The position numbers and the translations under genes were made by a program. Below are positions 30,334 to 40,041 of a stretch of DNA of 64,000 bases, one piece after another; positions within the stretch are counted from its first letter, which is position 1, and every line of letters starts with the position of its first letter. This DNA is from an uncultured Gammaproteobacteria bacterium (GTDB taxonomy: Bacteria > Patescibacteriota > Patescibacteriia > UBA11705 > DATKZF01), in the NCBI GenBank assembly GCA_964411255.1, contig CAYPKD010000002.1, positions 34,100-98,099 of the forward strand. The letters run 5' to 3'. Below the pieces are notes generated by a model. It was not told where the DNA came from. It did not search any database and worked only from the letters and a program-made list of their open reading frames with translations.

Positions 30334-30531
30334 ATGAGTAGTAGTCAGCAAAGGGAAGAAATGATTCAGATTTTTGATTGTTTTGCGTCGTCTAAGTGGA
30401 GAGGGGGCATGTGTGATCATATTTGCAGCCGATGTGCCTATGCGGGAAACAGGAGATGGGTTCTAAAAAAAGAGTGGCAGAAATATGCTAACCGATACCC
30501 AACTGATTTTGATGACTTTGATAATTGCTAG
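30334..30531 (+). CDS. Cassette small Cys-containing protein
   Basis: Head at 30270; 'C...CDHICSRC'. Confidence 0.6.
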   Translation: MSSSQQREEMIQIFDCFASSKWRGGMCDHICSRCAYAGNRRWVLKKEWQKYANRYPTDFDDFDNC

Positions 30532-30696
30532 GAATATGATGAAAAATTAACTTGCTTGGAAAGAATCCTGGGCGGTTTTTTAAACGCAAAAACGCAAAAT
30601 TTGACAATTGTATTAGTGAAAACGCAAAAGATTTGACAAGCTAATATTATTTGATATAAATAAGTATCTCACAAACCAAACGAAAGGAGGTGCGGC

Positions 30697-31023
30697 ATGG
30701 AAGCAGAAGTAATAGAAATCAATGGGGCATCCATGATTGATAAAACTTTTGCAGAAATATTAGAAACAATAGTCCAGAGAGTTCGGGAAGCCTCAGGAGA
30801 GAAAATAGTTGTTTCTTTGGAAATAGGTCTTTATAAATTCTTAGCTGATACTGCGGGTAGAAGGCTATGTTCAGGAGGTGTATTAGATGGAGCTCCACTG
30901 GGGCTGATTCAATGGCTTAAGGATTTATGTAGAGATGAAGGATTATCGGTCAATGTGGGGTATGCATGGCATGGTGAATTTCGCGATCGCTTTAAAAAGT
31001 GTCTTACATTCGAAAAAATCTGA
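30697..31023 (+). CDS. Cassette orphan protein
   Basis: Head at 30633, SD AAAGGAGGTG, terminator at 31048-31078. Confidence 0.7.
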   Translation: MEAEVIEINGASMIDKTFAEILETIVQRVREASGEKIVVSLEIGLYKFLADTAGRRLCSGGVLDGAPLGLIQWLKDLCRDEGLSVNVGYAWHGEFRDRFKKCLTFEKI

Positions 31024-31144
31024 CTTGAATATTCATGTATTTACTAATCCGCCTAGGAAAAATCCTGGGCGGTTTTTATCCTTGACAATCTGAAAATGGT
31101 TTGATATAAATAATTATTGCTAAGACGGTGAAAGGATGTGCGGC

Positions 31145-31438
31145 ATGAGGGACAAAAAGCGAAAGCCGCCGGCACATGTGGTTATTCTTGACATGTTGAA
31201 GTATGAGCTGCAACGTGCTAGGGATATCAGTGAGGTCGGCCCAAAGACAAAGTTGACGCAACAGTTTTCTGATGTGAGACTTTTACTCATTGCATTAGGA
31301 AGAATGTTTATTCCAAAAAGATCTAAAGCAAAGGTAATGCGGGGACTTCAAAGACTCAAATCCATGTGTACGCCTAAAATGCATCAAGGCAATGAAATGC
31401 TCGAAGTAGCAATCAAGCGCATCGAGGAGGATTATTAG
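31145..31438 (+). CDS. Cassette orphan protein (probable paralog of 19993-20295)
   Basis: Head at 31082; 'AHVVILDML...QQFSDV...MFIP...VMRGL'. Confidence 0.7.
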   Translation: MRDKKRKPPAHVVILDMLKYELQRARDISEVGPKTKLTQQFSDVRLLLIALGRMFIPKRSKAKVMRGLQRLKSMCTPKMHQGNEMLEVAIKRIEEDY

Positions 31439-31681
31439 TTGTATTAATTGTTAACGCACTCCACTGAGTGCTTTTTTGTATCCTTGTTTTCTGTAGGAAT
31501 TTATGTTAAAATTTACACAATCTTTCCTTATTAAGAGGGCTTAAGAAGTCTTGATAAGGCTTAAGAAGGCAAAGGAGGGCTGAAGGAAGGGAAAGATGAT
31601 TAGATATTATCGTTTATGAAAAATATTAGAAGCTTTTGTCGTCCTTCGCATAAGGCTTCGGACGACAAGTATAATTAATTT

Positions 31682-33535
31682 ATGGAAAAGATTCGCAATT
31701 TTTGCATTATCGCTCATATAGATCATGGGAAATCAACTCTTGCTGATCGACTTTTGGAATTAACCGGAACTGTTGAAAAACGGAAAATGAAAGAACAGCT
31801 TTTAGATACAATGGAGCTTGAAAGGGAGCGGGGGATTACTATTAAATTGCAGCCAGCACAAATGAAGTATAAAGAATATATTCTAAATCTTATTGACACG
31901 CCTGGTCATGTTGATTTTACTTATGAAGTTTCGAGATCCTTAGCAGCAGTTGAAGGTGCTATTTTATTAGTAGATGCAACTCAGGGTGTTCAGGCGCAGA
32001 CATTGAGTAACTTATATTTAGCATTGGATGCTGATTTGGAAATTATTCCAGTATTAAATAAAATCGATTTGCCTGCAGCCAATGTTGAAAAAGTAAAGAA
32101 CGAAATTGTAAATTTGCTTGGCTGTAATGAAGATGAAATATTGGCAGTTTCAGCAAAGACAGGGAAGGGTGTTGAGGCTGTTTTGGATAAAGTGGTTGAA
32201 AAAGTCCCTGCTCCGGCCTTCGCTAAAGCTACGGCCGGCAGGCCAAAGGGAAATGTTGATGAAAATTTACAGGCTTTGATTTTTGATTCTTTTTATGATG
32301 AATATAAAGGGGTGGTGGCTTATTGCAGAATTGTAAATGGTAAGATTTCTAAAAATGACGAAATTTTATTTATGGCGCCAAATAAAAAGAGTGAATCTCT
32401 TGATGTTGGCGTGTTAAAGCCTGATATGAATTCAATTGATGAATTAAAAGCTGGGGATATTGGATATATTATTACAGGACTGAAAGACCTTGAGCTTTGT
32501 AAAGTAGGTGATACCATTACTTTAGCAAAAAATCCTGCTGATAAGCCATTGCCAGGCTATCAGGAAGTGAAGCCAATGGTTTATGCTGGAATATTTTGTA
32601 AAGAAGGTTCTGATTTTAATGATTTGCGGGATGCCATTTATAAATTAAAATTAAATGATGCTGCTTTAGTTTATGAACCTGAAACTTCACCAGTTCTGGG
32701 ATTGGGATTTAGATGTGGGTTTTTAGGCCTTTTACATTTAGAAATATTTCAGGAAAGATTAAGGCGAGAGTTTGATTTGGATATTATTGTCACTGTACCA
32801 AGTGTTGCATTTAAAGTTGTTTTAAAAGAGAATGCTAAGATTCCAAAAGAAGTAAAGCCAGAACAAATGATTTCTGACAGGGAATATATAATAAATAATC
32901 CAAATGATTTGCCTGATCCAACTGTGTATGAGCGAATTGAAGAACCGATTATGAAAGTAGATATTGTCTGCCCAAAAGATTATATTGGTAATGTAATGGA
33001 ATTGGTTACAGATAAAAGGGGAGAGTATTTGAATACGGAATATGTTGATGATGAAATGACAATTTTGCATTATCAAATGCCCTTAGCAAAGGTGATTGTG
33101 GACTTTTATGATCAATTAAAAACAGTTAGTTCAGGATATGCGTCATTAAATTATGATTTTGAAAAATATGAGCCAACAGATGTGGTTAAGCTTGATGTAT
33201 TGGTGGCTGAAGAAAAAGTTGATGCCTTTTCAACCATTGTATATAAAGACGAATCGTTTCGGGTTGGTAAAAAGATAGTTAAAGCTTTAAAAGACGTTAT
33301 ACCGCGTCAGATGTTTGTGATAAAATTGCAGGCAGCAGTAGGTGGTAAAATTATTGCTGGAGAAAGAATTTCTGCAATGCGAAAAGATGTGACTGCCAAA
33401 TTGTATGGCGGTGACTGGACCAGACGGCAAAAGCTTTTAGAAAAGCAGAAAAAGGGAAAGAAAAAGATGATGGAAATGGGTAAAGGAAAGGTGAATATTC
33501 CGCCAGAGGCGTTTATTGCGGTTTTGAAGCGGTGA
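31682..33535 (+). CDS. lepA: Elongation factor 4 (LepA)
   Basis: 'IRNFCIIAHIDHGKSTLADRLLE', 'DTPGHVDF', 'GFRCGFLGLLH', 'RKDVTAKLYGGD'. Confidence 0.97.
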   Translation: MEKIRNFCIIAHIDHGKSTLADRLLELTGTVEKRKMKEQLLDTMELERERGITIKLQPAQMKYKEYILNLIDTPGHVDFTYEVSRSLAAVEGAILLVDATQGVQAQTLSNLYLALDADLEIIPVLNKIDLPAANVEKVKNEIVNLLGCNEDEILAVSAKTGKGVEAVLDKVVEKVPAPAFAKATAGRPKGNVDENLQALIFDSFYDEYKGVVAYCRIVNGKISKNDEILFMAPNKKSESLDVGVLKPDMNSIDELKAGDIGYIITGLKDLELCKVGDTITLAKNPADKPLPGYQEVKPMVYAGIFCKEGSDFNDLRDAIYKLKLNDAALVYEPETSPVLGLGFRCGFLGLLHLEIFQERLRREFDLDIIVTVPSVAFKVVLKENAKIPKEVKPEQMISDREYIINNPNDLPDPTVYERIEEPIMKVDIVCPKDYIGNVMELVTDKRGEYLNTEYVDDEMTILHYQMPLAKVIVDFYDQLKTVSSGYASLNYDFEKYEPTDVVKLDVLVAEEKVDAFSTIVYKDESFRVGKKIVKALKDVIPRQMFVIKLQAAVGGKIIAGERISAMRKDVTAKLYGGDWTRRQKLLEKQKKGKKKMMEMGKGKVNIPPEAFIAVLKR

Positions 33536-33536
33536 T

Positions 33537-34112
33537 ATGATATTAAAATTTGATCGAAAATTAAATAGAATGCCCAGGTATGATTATTCTCAACCTGGGT
33601 ATTATTTTGTAACGATTTGTACGAAAGATGGTACAGAATTTTTCGGTGAGATAAAAGATGAAAAAATGAATATGAATGAATATGGAGAGATTGTATTTAA
33701 ATATTGGAATCAAATACCAGAATATTATAAAAATGTTTGTATTGATAAATTTATTATAATGCCAAATCATTTGCATGCAATAATTATTATCAATGATGTC
33801 GGGAGGGTAGGGACAGAATACTATTCTGTCCCTACGGCCAATACAAATAAATTAAATACCGACCTCATTGATGAAAAACCATCTTATGGATTATTATCAA
33901 ATATAATAAAATCATCAAAAAGAGAAAGTACGATTTGTATAAGAAAATATTTGAAAGATTATGATTTTCAATGGCAACGATCATTCCATGACCATATAAT
34001 AAGGGATGAAGATGATTTGGCACGAATTCGGCAATATATAAAAGATAATTCATGTAAATGGCATTTGGATAGGAATAATCCTGAAAATATTAATAAAAAA
34101 GCCCACATTTGA
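33537..34112 (+). mobile_element. REP-associated tyrosine transposase (RAYT, Y1 HUH)
   Basis: 'YDYSQPGYYFVTICT', 'IMPNHLHAII', 'WQRSFHDHIIR...YI..N'; GTAG-REP palindromes in the window. Confidence 0.9.
33807..33835. repeat. GTAG-type REP palindrome; copies at 35138-35166, 52676-52703, 59671-59699, 61428-61455
   Basis: gtagggacagaatactattctgtccctac and variants. Confidence 0.85.
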
Positions 34113-34126
34113 GTGGGTTTTTATTG

Positions 34127-34966
34127 TTATTGTTGAAGTTCTACTTTATCAATTGTTTCTCCGTCTATATCTTTTCCAAAAACAAATTTCCGAGCACCTT
34201 GAGCATCATACATCTTTTGTGAAAGATAGATGATCGTATTACCGTCTTCATTACCAAAATTGTGTGCAGTGAATCTTAGGGAGGCTCTAATTGCCTGAAT
34301 GAAAGTAGCTAAATGAGTTTCGCCGTTAGAGCTTACCATCTCATGCCAGCTGGCTAAAACATTTTTCCCAAGAGGATCATTTTTATCAAATTCAATTACC
34401 ACAGCATAGGACATGTTATGCGATTGATTAAGCATCCAAGTCATTAATCTTTTTGCAAAGTTAGTACCATCCTGAGCATCTGCAATGAACCCTTTTATTG
34501 CACCCATTTGTTGATCTGTTATTCCATTACCTTGTTTTTGAACTATGTGTCCAGTTTCAACCATCTCACGGATTTCTCTGGGCATATTGAATTGCCCAGT
34601 TTCTACATGTTCAATGAATGGATCAATTGGAGGGAAATAGAATGAAAAGCTTCCATGATTTGACAATAAAGAGTATTGTCCAGTAAAGAGACCATCCCAA
34701 TTTGTATTTGCTGAATCGAATCCAAATTTACTTAAGACAATTTTTTTACATTTTGGTGTTAACCTTCCATAAATAAACCATTCGTTTTCAGATCGGTATA
34801 TTGTACCAAGAAGATATACCTCGACCTTTAGGAATTTAGTGCATGAAAAGGTACGCTCCAAAGAAAAATAAAGTATCTTTTTATTGGCAACACCTTCTAA
34901 AATGAAGTCCCATTTTCCAGGTCCTTTTCTGATTGGATAGGTTGCTGGAATCAGTTGGATTGTCAT
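34127..34966 (-). CDS. Hypothetical protein; SD-led monocistronic unit
   Basis: GGAGGTG SD before the Met at 34966; TTGACA..TACAAT promoter near 35099; shared terminator at about 34095-34122. Confidence 0.65.
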   Translation of the reverse strand: MTIQLIPATYPIRKGPGKWDFILEGVANKKILYFSLERTFSCTKFLKVEVYLLGTIYRSENEWFIYGRLTPKCKKIVLSKFGFDSANTNWDGLFTGQYSLLSNHGSFSFYFPPIDPFIEHVETGQFNMPREIREMVETGHIVQKQGNGITDQQMGAIKGFIADAQDGTNFAKRLMTWMLNQSHNMSYAVVIEFDKNDPLGKNVLASWHEMVSSNGETHLATFIQAIRASLRFTAHNFGNEDGNTIIYLSQKMYDAQGARKFVFGKDIDGETIDKVELQQ

Positions 34967-35349
34967 AACGACACCTCCATGAAAAGAACTGTGCTTAAAG
35001 CAGTGCAAGCACAAAACACCCATACCCGCCAGAGGCGGACGACCTGCCATAACGGCCAGGGATTTATAGGATTGTATAGATGATTCTTCTTTTTGTCAAT
35101 TGCTAAAAAAAAGCAAATAAAAAAATGATGTCATTTTGTATGGACTGAATAATATTCTGTCCATACAAGCAATAATTTACTTATACGTGACATCATTTTT
35201 AATAAAAAGCCGGCGCAACTGTCCACATTACAAGTGACAGCATAATTATTACGATAACTATTGCCCAAACTAGGCGTTGTTTTTGTCTTTGATTCATAGT
35301 AAAATGATTAGTACATGGATTCTGAATCCTGAATCTTGAATCCTAAGTC

Positions 35350-37119
35350 ATGAAATTTATGGATAAAAAGTGGAAAGTGGCACAAAAGGCGCCAAAAGAC
35401 TTCATTGAAGCAAACAAAAATACAAATATATCTGAAATTGCCCTACAGTTATTATACAACAGGGAAATAAAAACTCAAGAGGATATTGAGAATTTTTTAC
35501 GCTGTGATTATGAAAAAGATATTCATGATCCTTTTTTATTTAAGGATATGGATAAGGCGATCAAAATAATTGTTCAGGCAATTTTAAATCAGAGCAAAAT
35601 TGTTGTTCACGGTGATTATGACGCAGATGGCATTACTGCATCAGCAGTGATTTATGAAGTACTAAAGTTATTTGGAGCAAAAGTCGAGGTGTTTTTACCT
35701 CATCGAGAAGAAGACGGATATGGGATGAATCTAAAAACAATTGAAAAGTTTAAAAAAAATAATATTGATTTAATAATTACAGTTGACTGTGGAATTACTA
35801 ATAATGAAGAGGTTGAAAAAGCAAAAGAATATGGAATTAAGGTAATAATCACTGATCACCATGAAGTGCCGCCTGAAGTTCCAAAAGCAGATGCAATTTT
35901 AGATCCAAAAGTAAAAAGCGAAACATATCCTGAAAAATTTTTAGCAGGAGCTGGTATTTCCTATAAATTAGCCTGCGCCTTAATTGATGATCAGATTAAA
36001 AACAATCAGTTTGATATAGATCAGGAAAATCTGGATTATTTTGGAAATTTAGAAGGGCTGAAAAAATGGCTTTTAGATTTAGTTGCCATTGGTACTGTCG
36101 CTGATATCGCACCATTAACTGGTGAAAACAGAACCTTAGTAAAATATGGTTTGGTTGTTTTGCAAAAAACCAGAAGATCGGGGCTAAAAGAATTACTTGA
36201 CCAAACCAGTATTGATTTAACAAAAATTGACACCCAAACCATTGGCTTTATAATTGCTCCCAGGATCAATGCAGCTGGCAGGCTTAAACATGCAAATATT
36301 GCTTTTGATTTATTAACCACCTCAGAAGAGAGTGAGGCTGTTCATTTGGCCAGTATATTAGGCAGCATTAATGGTGAACGCCAGCAAATTACAGAGCACA
36401 TTGTAAGAGAAGCAAGAGTGCAGATTAAGGATCAAAAAGATGCGAAAATATATTTTGCTTATCATCAGGAATGGACTGCTGGAGTGGTTGGATTGGTTGC
36501 TGGTAAATTGTCTGATGAATTAAACATGCCAACAATGGTAATGACCAAGGTTGGGCAAAATATAGTTGGGTCAGGCAGAAGTATTTCACATTTTAATATT
36601 ACAGAAGCTTTGTTTGAGGTCGAAAAGTACTTGAGCCGTTTTGGCGGCCATGCCCAGGCCTGTGGTTTTACTATTAGTGAGGAAAAGTATTTAAAGGTTT
36701 TTCAAAATACATTAAACGAGCATGCATTAAAAAAATTAGAAGGTCTGGATATTAGTCCAGTGGTTAATGTTGATGCCGAAATCGATTCTGATGTGTTAAA
36801 TGAAAAATTATGCAAGGAAATTGAATTACTTGAGCCGTTTGGTGAAGGAAATCCAAGGCCGAGATTTTTAGTTAAGGATTTTGAAATAGTAAATTTTGAT
36901 ACTGTGGGCAAGAGCCAAACCCATCTTCGCCTTATGGTACGCGGACAAAGCCCGAATTTAATAAAAATGATCGGCTTTGGCATTGCCTCAAAATTTGTTG
37001 ATAAAATACAGATTGGAAGCAGAATTGATGCTATAGTAGAGGTAAGCGATTCCCGATGGAATGGAAAGTTTGACTTGCAGGTGAAGATTGTGGATATGAA
37101 GGTAAACGGTAAAGAGTAA
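35350..37119 (+). CDS. recJ: ssDNA exonuclease RecJ
   Basis: 'GDYDADG', 'TVDCG', 'TDHH', 'GTVAD', 'PRINAAGRL', 'GSGRS', 'FGGH', 'LEPFGEGNP'. Confidence 0.96.
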   Translation: MKFMDKKWKVAQKAPKDFIEANKNTNISEIALQLLYNREIKTQEDIENFLRCDYEKDIHDPFLFKDMDKAIKIIVQAILNQSKIVVHGDYDADGITASAVIYEVLKLFGAKVEVFLPHREEDGYGMNLKTIEKFKKNNIDLIITVDCGITNNEEVEKAKEYGIKVIITDHHEVPPEVPKADAILDPKVKSETYPEKFLAGAGISYKLACALIDDQIKNNQFDIDQENLDYFGNLEGLKKWLLDLVAIGTVADIAPLTGENRTLVKYGLVVLQKTRRSGLKELLDQTSIDLTKIDTQTIGFIIAPRINAAGRLKHANIAFDLLTTSEESEAVHLASILGSINGERQQITEHIVREARVQIKDQKDAKIYFAYHQEWTAGVVGLVAGKLSDELNMPTMVMTKVGQNIVGSGRSISHFNITEALFEVEKYLSRFGGHAQACGFTISEEKYLKVFQNTLNEHALKKLEGLDISPVVNVDAEIDSDVLNEKLCKEIELLEPFGEGNPRPRFLVKDFEIVNFDTVGKSQTHLRLMVRGQSPNLIKMIGFGIASKFVDKIQIGSRIDAIVEVSDSRWNGKFDLQVKIVDMKVNGKE

Positions 37120-37606
37120 AGGGTAATGGGTAATGGGTAATGGGTAATGAGTAAAGGGTAATGGGTAATGAGTAAAGAGTAAATAAAAATTAGATTTATG
37201 AAGAAAGATATAAATAATTTTGATGATTTAGAGGCTTGGCAAAAAGCACACGAATTAGCTTTGGATATTTATAATATAACATCAGGTTTTCCAAAAGAAG
37301 AGCTTTTTGGATTAACGAGACAATTAAGAAGAGCTGCCAGTTCTGTGTCAGCAAACATTGCGGAGGGTTTTGCTCGTTTCCATTATAAAGATAAGGCAAG
37401 ATTTTATTATCAAGCCAGAGGATCAAATGCAGAAGTACAAAGCTTTTTATTATTGTCCAGAGATTTACATTTTATTACGTCTGAAGAATGTTCTGGATTA
37501 TTTGGAAAGGCTAATGAGACCAGAAAGTTAATAAATGGTTTGATAAAATCTATCAATCGCCAGTTATAAAAAATTACTCATTACCCATTACTTATTACAC
37601 ATTACT
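37101..37606. repeat. Inverted arrays of 7-mers (gggtaat / ttaccca) flanking a four-helix-bundle gene
   Basis: About 12 units at 37101-37183, overlapping the recJ end; 4-5 reverse-complement units at 37574-37606. Confidence 0.9.
37198..37569 (+). CDS. Four-helix-bundle protein
   Basis: 'FDDLEAWQKA...FPKEELFGLTRQLRRAASSVSANIAEG...ARGS'. Confidence 0.92.
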   Translation: MKKDINNFDDLEAWQKAHELALDIYNITSGFPKEELFGLTRQLRRAASSVSANIAEGFARFHYKDKARFYYQARGSNAEVQSFLLLSRDLHFITSEECSGLFGKANETRKLINGLIKSINRQL

Positions 37607-37615
37607 AAGAAATAA

Positions 37616-39139
37616 ATGAATAAGTATTTTGCCAATTTTTTCGTTTTCACCACTGGTGCAGTCATCATGGCCATTGAGCTGACTGCTTCCAGGCTTTTAG
37701 CTCCGTATTTTGGGACTTCAATTTTTGTTTGGGGAAATATTATTGGTGTGGTAATGATTGCCTTGGCATTAGGTTATTGGTGGGGAGGAAAATTAGCTGA
37801 TAAAAAGCCAAGGATTCAGGTTTTATCCTCATTAATTTTTATCTGCGCAATTTTTTTAACATTGCTGCCAATATTTTTTAAACCCTTGGTAAAAATGGTT
37901 ATCAGCATTCTTGAATTTCCTTCACTTTTTGTATTCGCATTTATTTGCTTTTGGGTTGTCATTTTTATCCTGGCCTTGCCGCTTATTATTTTGGGAATGA
38001 GCTCGCCGTTTGTAATTAGAATTATGAATAAGGATGTGAAAGATACTGGAAAAGTTGCCGGACAGATTTTTGCCTGGGCTACGATTGGTAGTATATTTGG
38101 CGTATTTTTATCTACATTTATTACAGTGCCTTTTTTAGGCAGCATGGAAACGATTTTAATCAGCGCAGCTGTGTTGATTTTATTGTCTGGCCTGACCTTG
38201 CCTTCAAAGTATAAATTATTATCACTGCTCGTGATTTTACCAGTCATTGTATATATCTTTTTTGCAAATAAACCGCTGACTGATAATGAAAATTTGGTTT
38301 TTGAAAAAGAAACGCCGTATCAGTATGTTCGGGTGGTTGATAAAGAAGGTTGGCGTTATCTTTTATTTAACGAAGGTTCTGGTATTCAGTCATATATTAA
38401 ATTAAACCGGCCCCATTTTTTAACAGACAATAGCTATTATGACTATTTTAATTTTTTACCATATATAAATCATCAAGAAGATTATAAAAAAGATTTTTTA
38501 ATAATTGGCGGAGGTGGCGGCACTGCTGCTAAACAGCTAGTTAGTTTTTGGCAGCCAAAGATAAATATCGATTTTGTAGAGATTGATAAAACAGTAATTG
38601 AAGCAGCCCAGCAATATTTTGACATGAATGAAAAAGAAATAAATGTTATAAATCAGGATGGCAGGTTTTTTTTAGAAAAGACAGAGAAAAAATATGATTA
38701 TTTAATTGTAGATGCGTATTCTAATCAGCTTTTTATTCCATTTCATGTAACTACAGATGAGTTTTTTCATTTGACAAAAAGCAAGCTGAATCAAAGGGGC
38801 GTTTTATCAATAAATATAAACGCAGATGGGCACCAGTCAGAATTGCTGCAAAAGATGGAGCAGACAGTAAAGAAAAATTTTAAAAATGTTTATGTCTTGC
38901 CAATGGATAATAGTTATAACTTTTTGGTCTTTGCTTCAGATGTGGATTTGGATTTTGAATTTGAGTTAGATGAGATTGATAAGGACTTGCATGCTTATGC
39001 TAAAAATTTTGCTAATATAGAAGAGATCAGTCATTGGCAAAAAGATATGATTTTGACAGATAACCGGGCACCAATAGAATTTTTGACTGATAAAATGATT
39101 TTGAAAATATTTTTTAATTATATAATGGGTGAGTCATAG
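37616..39139 (+). CDS. Fused MFS/spermidine synthase family protein
   Basis: N-terminal TMs 'ELTASRLLAPYFG'; 'IIGGGGG', 'VEID', 'DGR', 'VDAYS', 'LTDNRAP'. Confidence 0.88.
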   Translation: MNKYFANFFVFTTGAVIMAIELTASRLLAPYFGTSIFVWGNIIGVVMIALALGYWWGGKLADKKPRIQVLSSLIFICAIFLTLLPIFFKPLVKMVISILEFPSLFVFAFICFWVVIFILALPLIILGMSSPFVIRIMNKDVKDTGKVAGQIFAWATIGSIFGVFLSTFITVPFLGSMETILISAAVLILLSGLTLPSKYKLLSLLVILPVIVYIFFANKPLTDNENLVFEKETPYQYVRVVDKEGWRYLLFNEGSGIQSYIKLNRPHFLTDNSYYDYFNFLPYINHQEDYKKDFLIIGGGGGTAAKQLVSFWQPKINIDFVEIDKTVIEAAQQYFDMNEKEINVINQDGRFFLEKTEKKYDYLIVDAYSNQLFIPFHVTTDEFFHLTKSKLNQRGVLSININADGHQSELLQKMEQTVKKNFKNVYVLPMDNSYNFLVFASDVDLDFEFELDEIDKDLHAYAKNFANIEEISHWQKDMILTDNRAPIEFLTDKMILKIFFNYIMGES

Positions 39140-39206
39140 TTGTATAGTTATATAGTTGTATGGTTTGTGATTAAATATAGAAAAATTAAAGCATTAATAT
39201 TTAAAT

Positions 39207-39608
39207 ATGAAAATTGAAAAGTTAGAAGACTTAGAAGCCTGGCAAGAGGCAAGAAAGCTCTGTGACATGGTTTATAAATTAACCTTAAATTTTCCAAAAT
39301 CGGAGGAATATAACATAAAAAAACATACAAGAGAAAGTGCGCGTGGAATCGCAGCAAATATTGCAGAGGGATTTGGAAGGCATTTTTTGAAAGAAAATTT
39401 AAGATTTTATGGAATTGCACAAGGTTGTTTAAATGAAGTTAAAAGCGATTTTTATCTTAGTTTTGATGCAGGGTATATAAATGACGATGAATTAAATGCA
39501 GTTATTAAACAAACTGAAATAACAAGGGCAAAATTGAATGGTCTTGTTAATAATGTAAGAACTTTAATGAAAAAAATAGAATTTTCAGAAGAAGTTGATT
39601 TTGAATAA
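39207..39608 (+). CDS. Four-helix-bundle protein (close paralog of 8338-8727)
   Basis: Near-identical motifs 'EEYNIKKH.RESARG.AANIAEGFGR'; flanked by tatagttg / aactata 8-mer arms (39135-39166, 39616-39636). Confidence 0.9.
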   Translation: MKIEKLEDLEAWQEARKLCDMVYKLTLNFPKSEEYNIKKHTRESARGIAANIAEGFGRHFLKENLRFYGIAQGCLNEVKSDFYLSFDAGYINDDELNAVIKQTEITRAKLNGLVNNVRTLMKKIEFSEEVDFE

Positions 39609-39636
39609 TAAGTATAAACAATAGAACTATAACCAT

Positions 39637-40038
39637 ATGAAAGTAAATATCTATTCAGACGGCGGTTCCAGGGGAAATCCTGGACCAGCAGCAATCGGAG
39701 TTTATATTGAAGATAAAGCTGGTAAAAAAATTAAAAGCATAAGCCGCTACATCGGAGAAACCACAAACAATCAGGCTGAATATCAGGCAGTACTGGCTGG
39801 TTTAGCTTATGTAAAAGATCTAAAGCCAGAAGAGGTCACTTGTTATTTGGACAGCGAACTGGTGGTCAAGCAAATGAATGGGGAGTATAAGGTGAAAGAT
39901 CCTGATTTGGCTGAGCAGTTTATAAAGGTGTGGAATCTGCAGCATGAATTTGCCAAAATTGAATTTAAGCATATTCGAAGGGAGAAGAATAAAAAGGCTG
40001 ACATGCTGGTCAACTTAGCTTTAGATAGAAGGAAGTAA
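39637..40038 (+). CDS. rnhA: Ribonuclease HI family protein
   Basis: 'SDGGSRGNPGPAA', 'TNNQAEY', 'DSELVVKQ', 'REKNKKAD'. Confidence 0.9.
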   Translation: MKVNIYSDGGSRGNPGPAAIGVYIEDKAGKKIKSISRYIGETTNNQAEYQAVLAGLAYVKDLKPEEVTCYLDSELVVKQMNGEYKVKDPDLAEQFIKVWNLQHEFAKIEFKHIRREKNKKADMLVNLALDRRK

Positions 40039-40041
40039 TAT

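Noticed and set aside
19893-31480. Classical integron or prophage
   Set aside because: No tyrosine integrase, attC-like sites or phage structural genes; the cassettes carry their own promoters.
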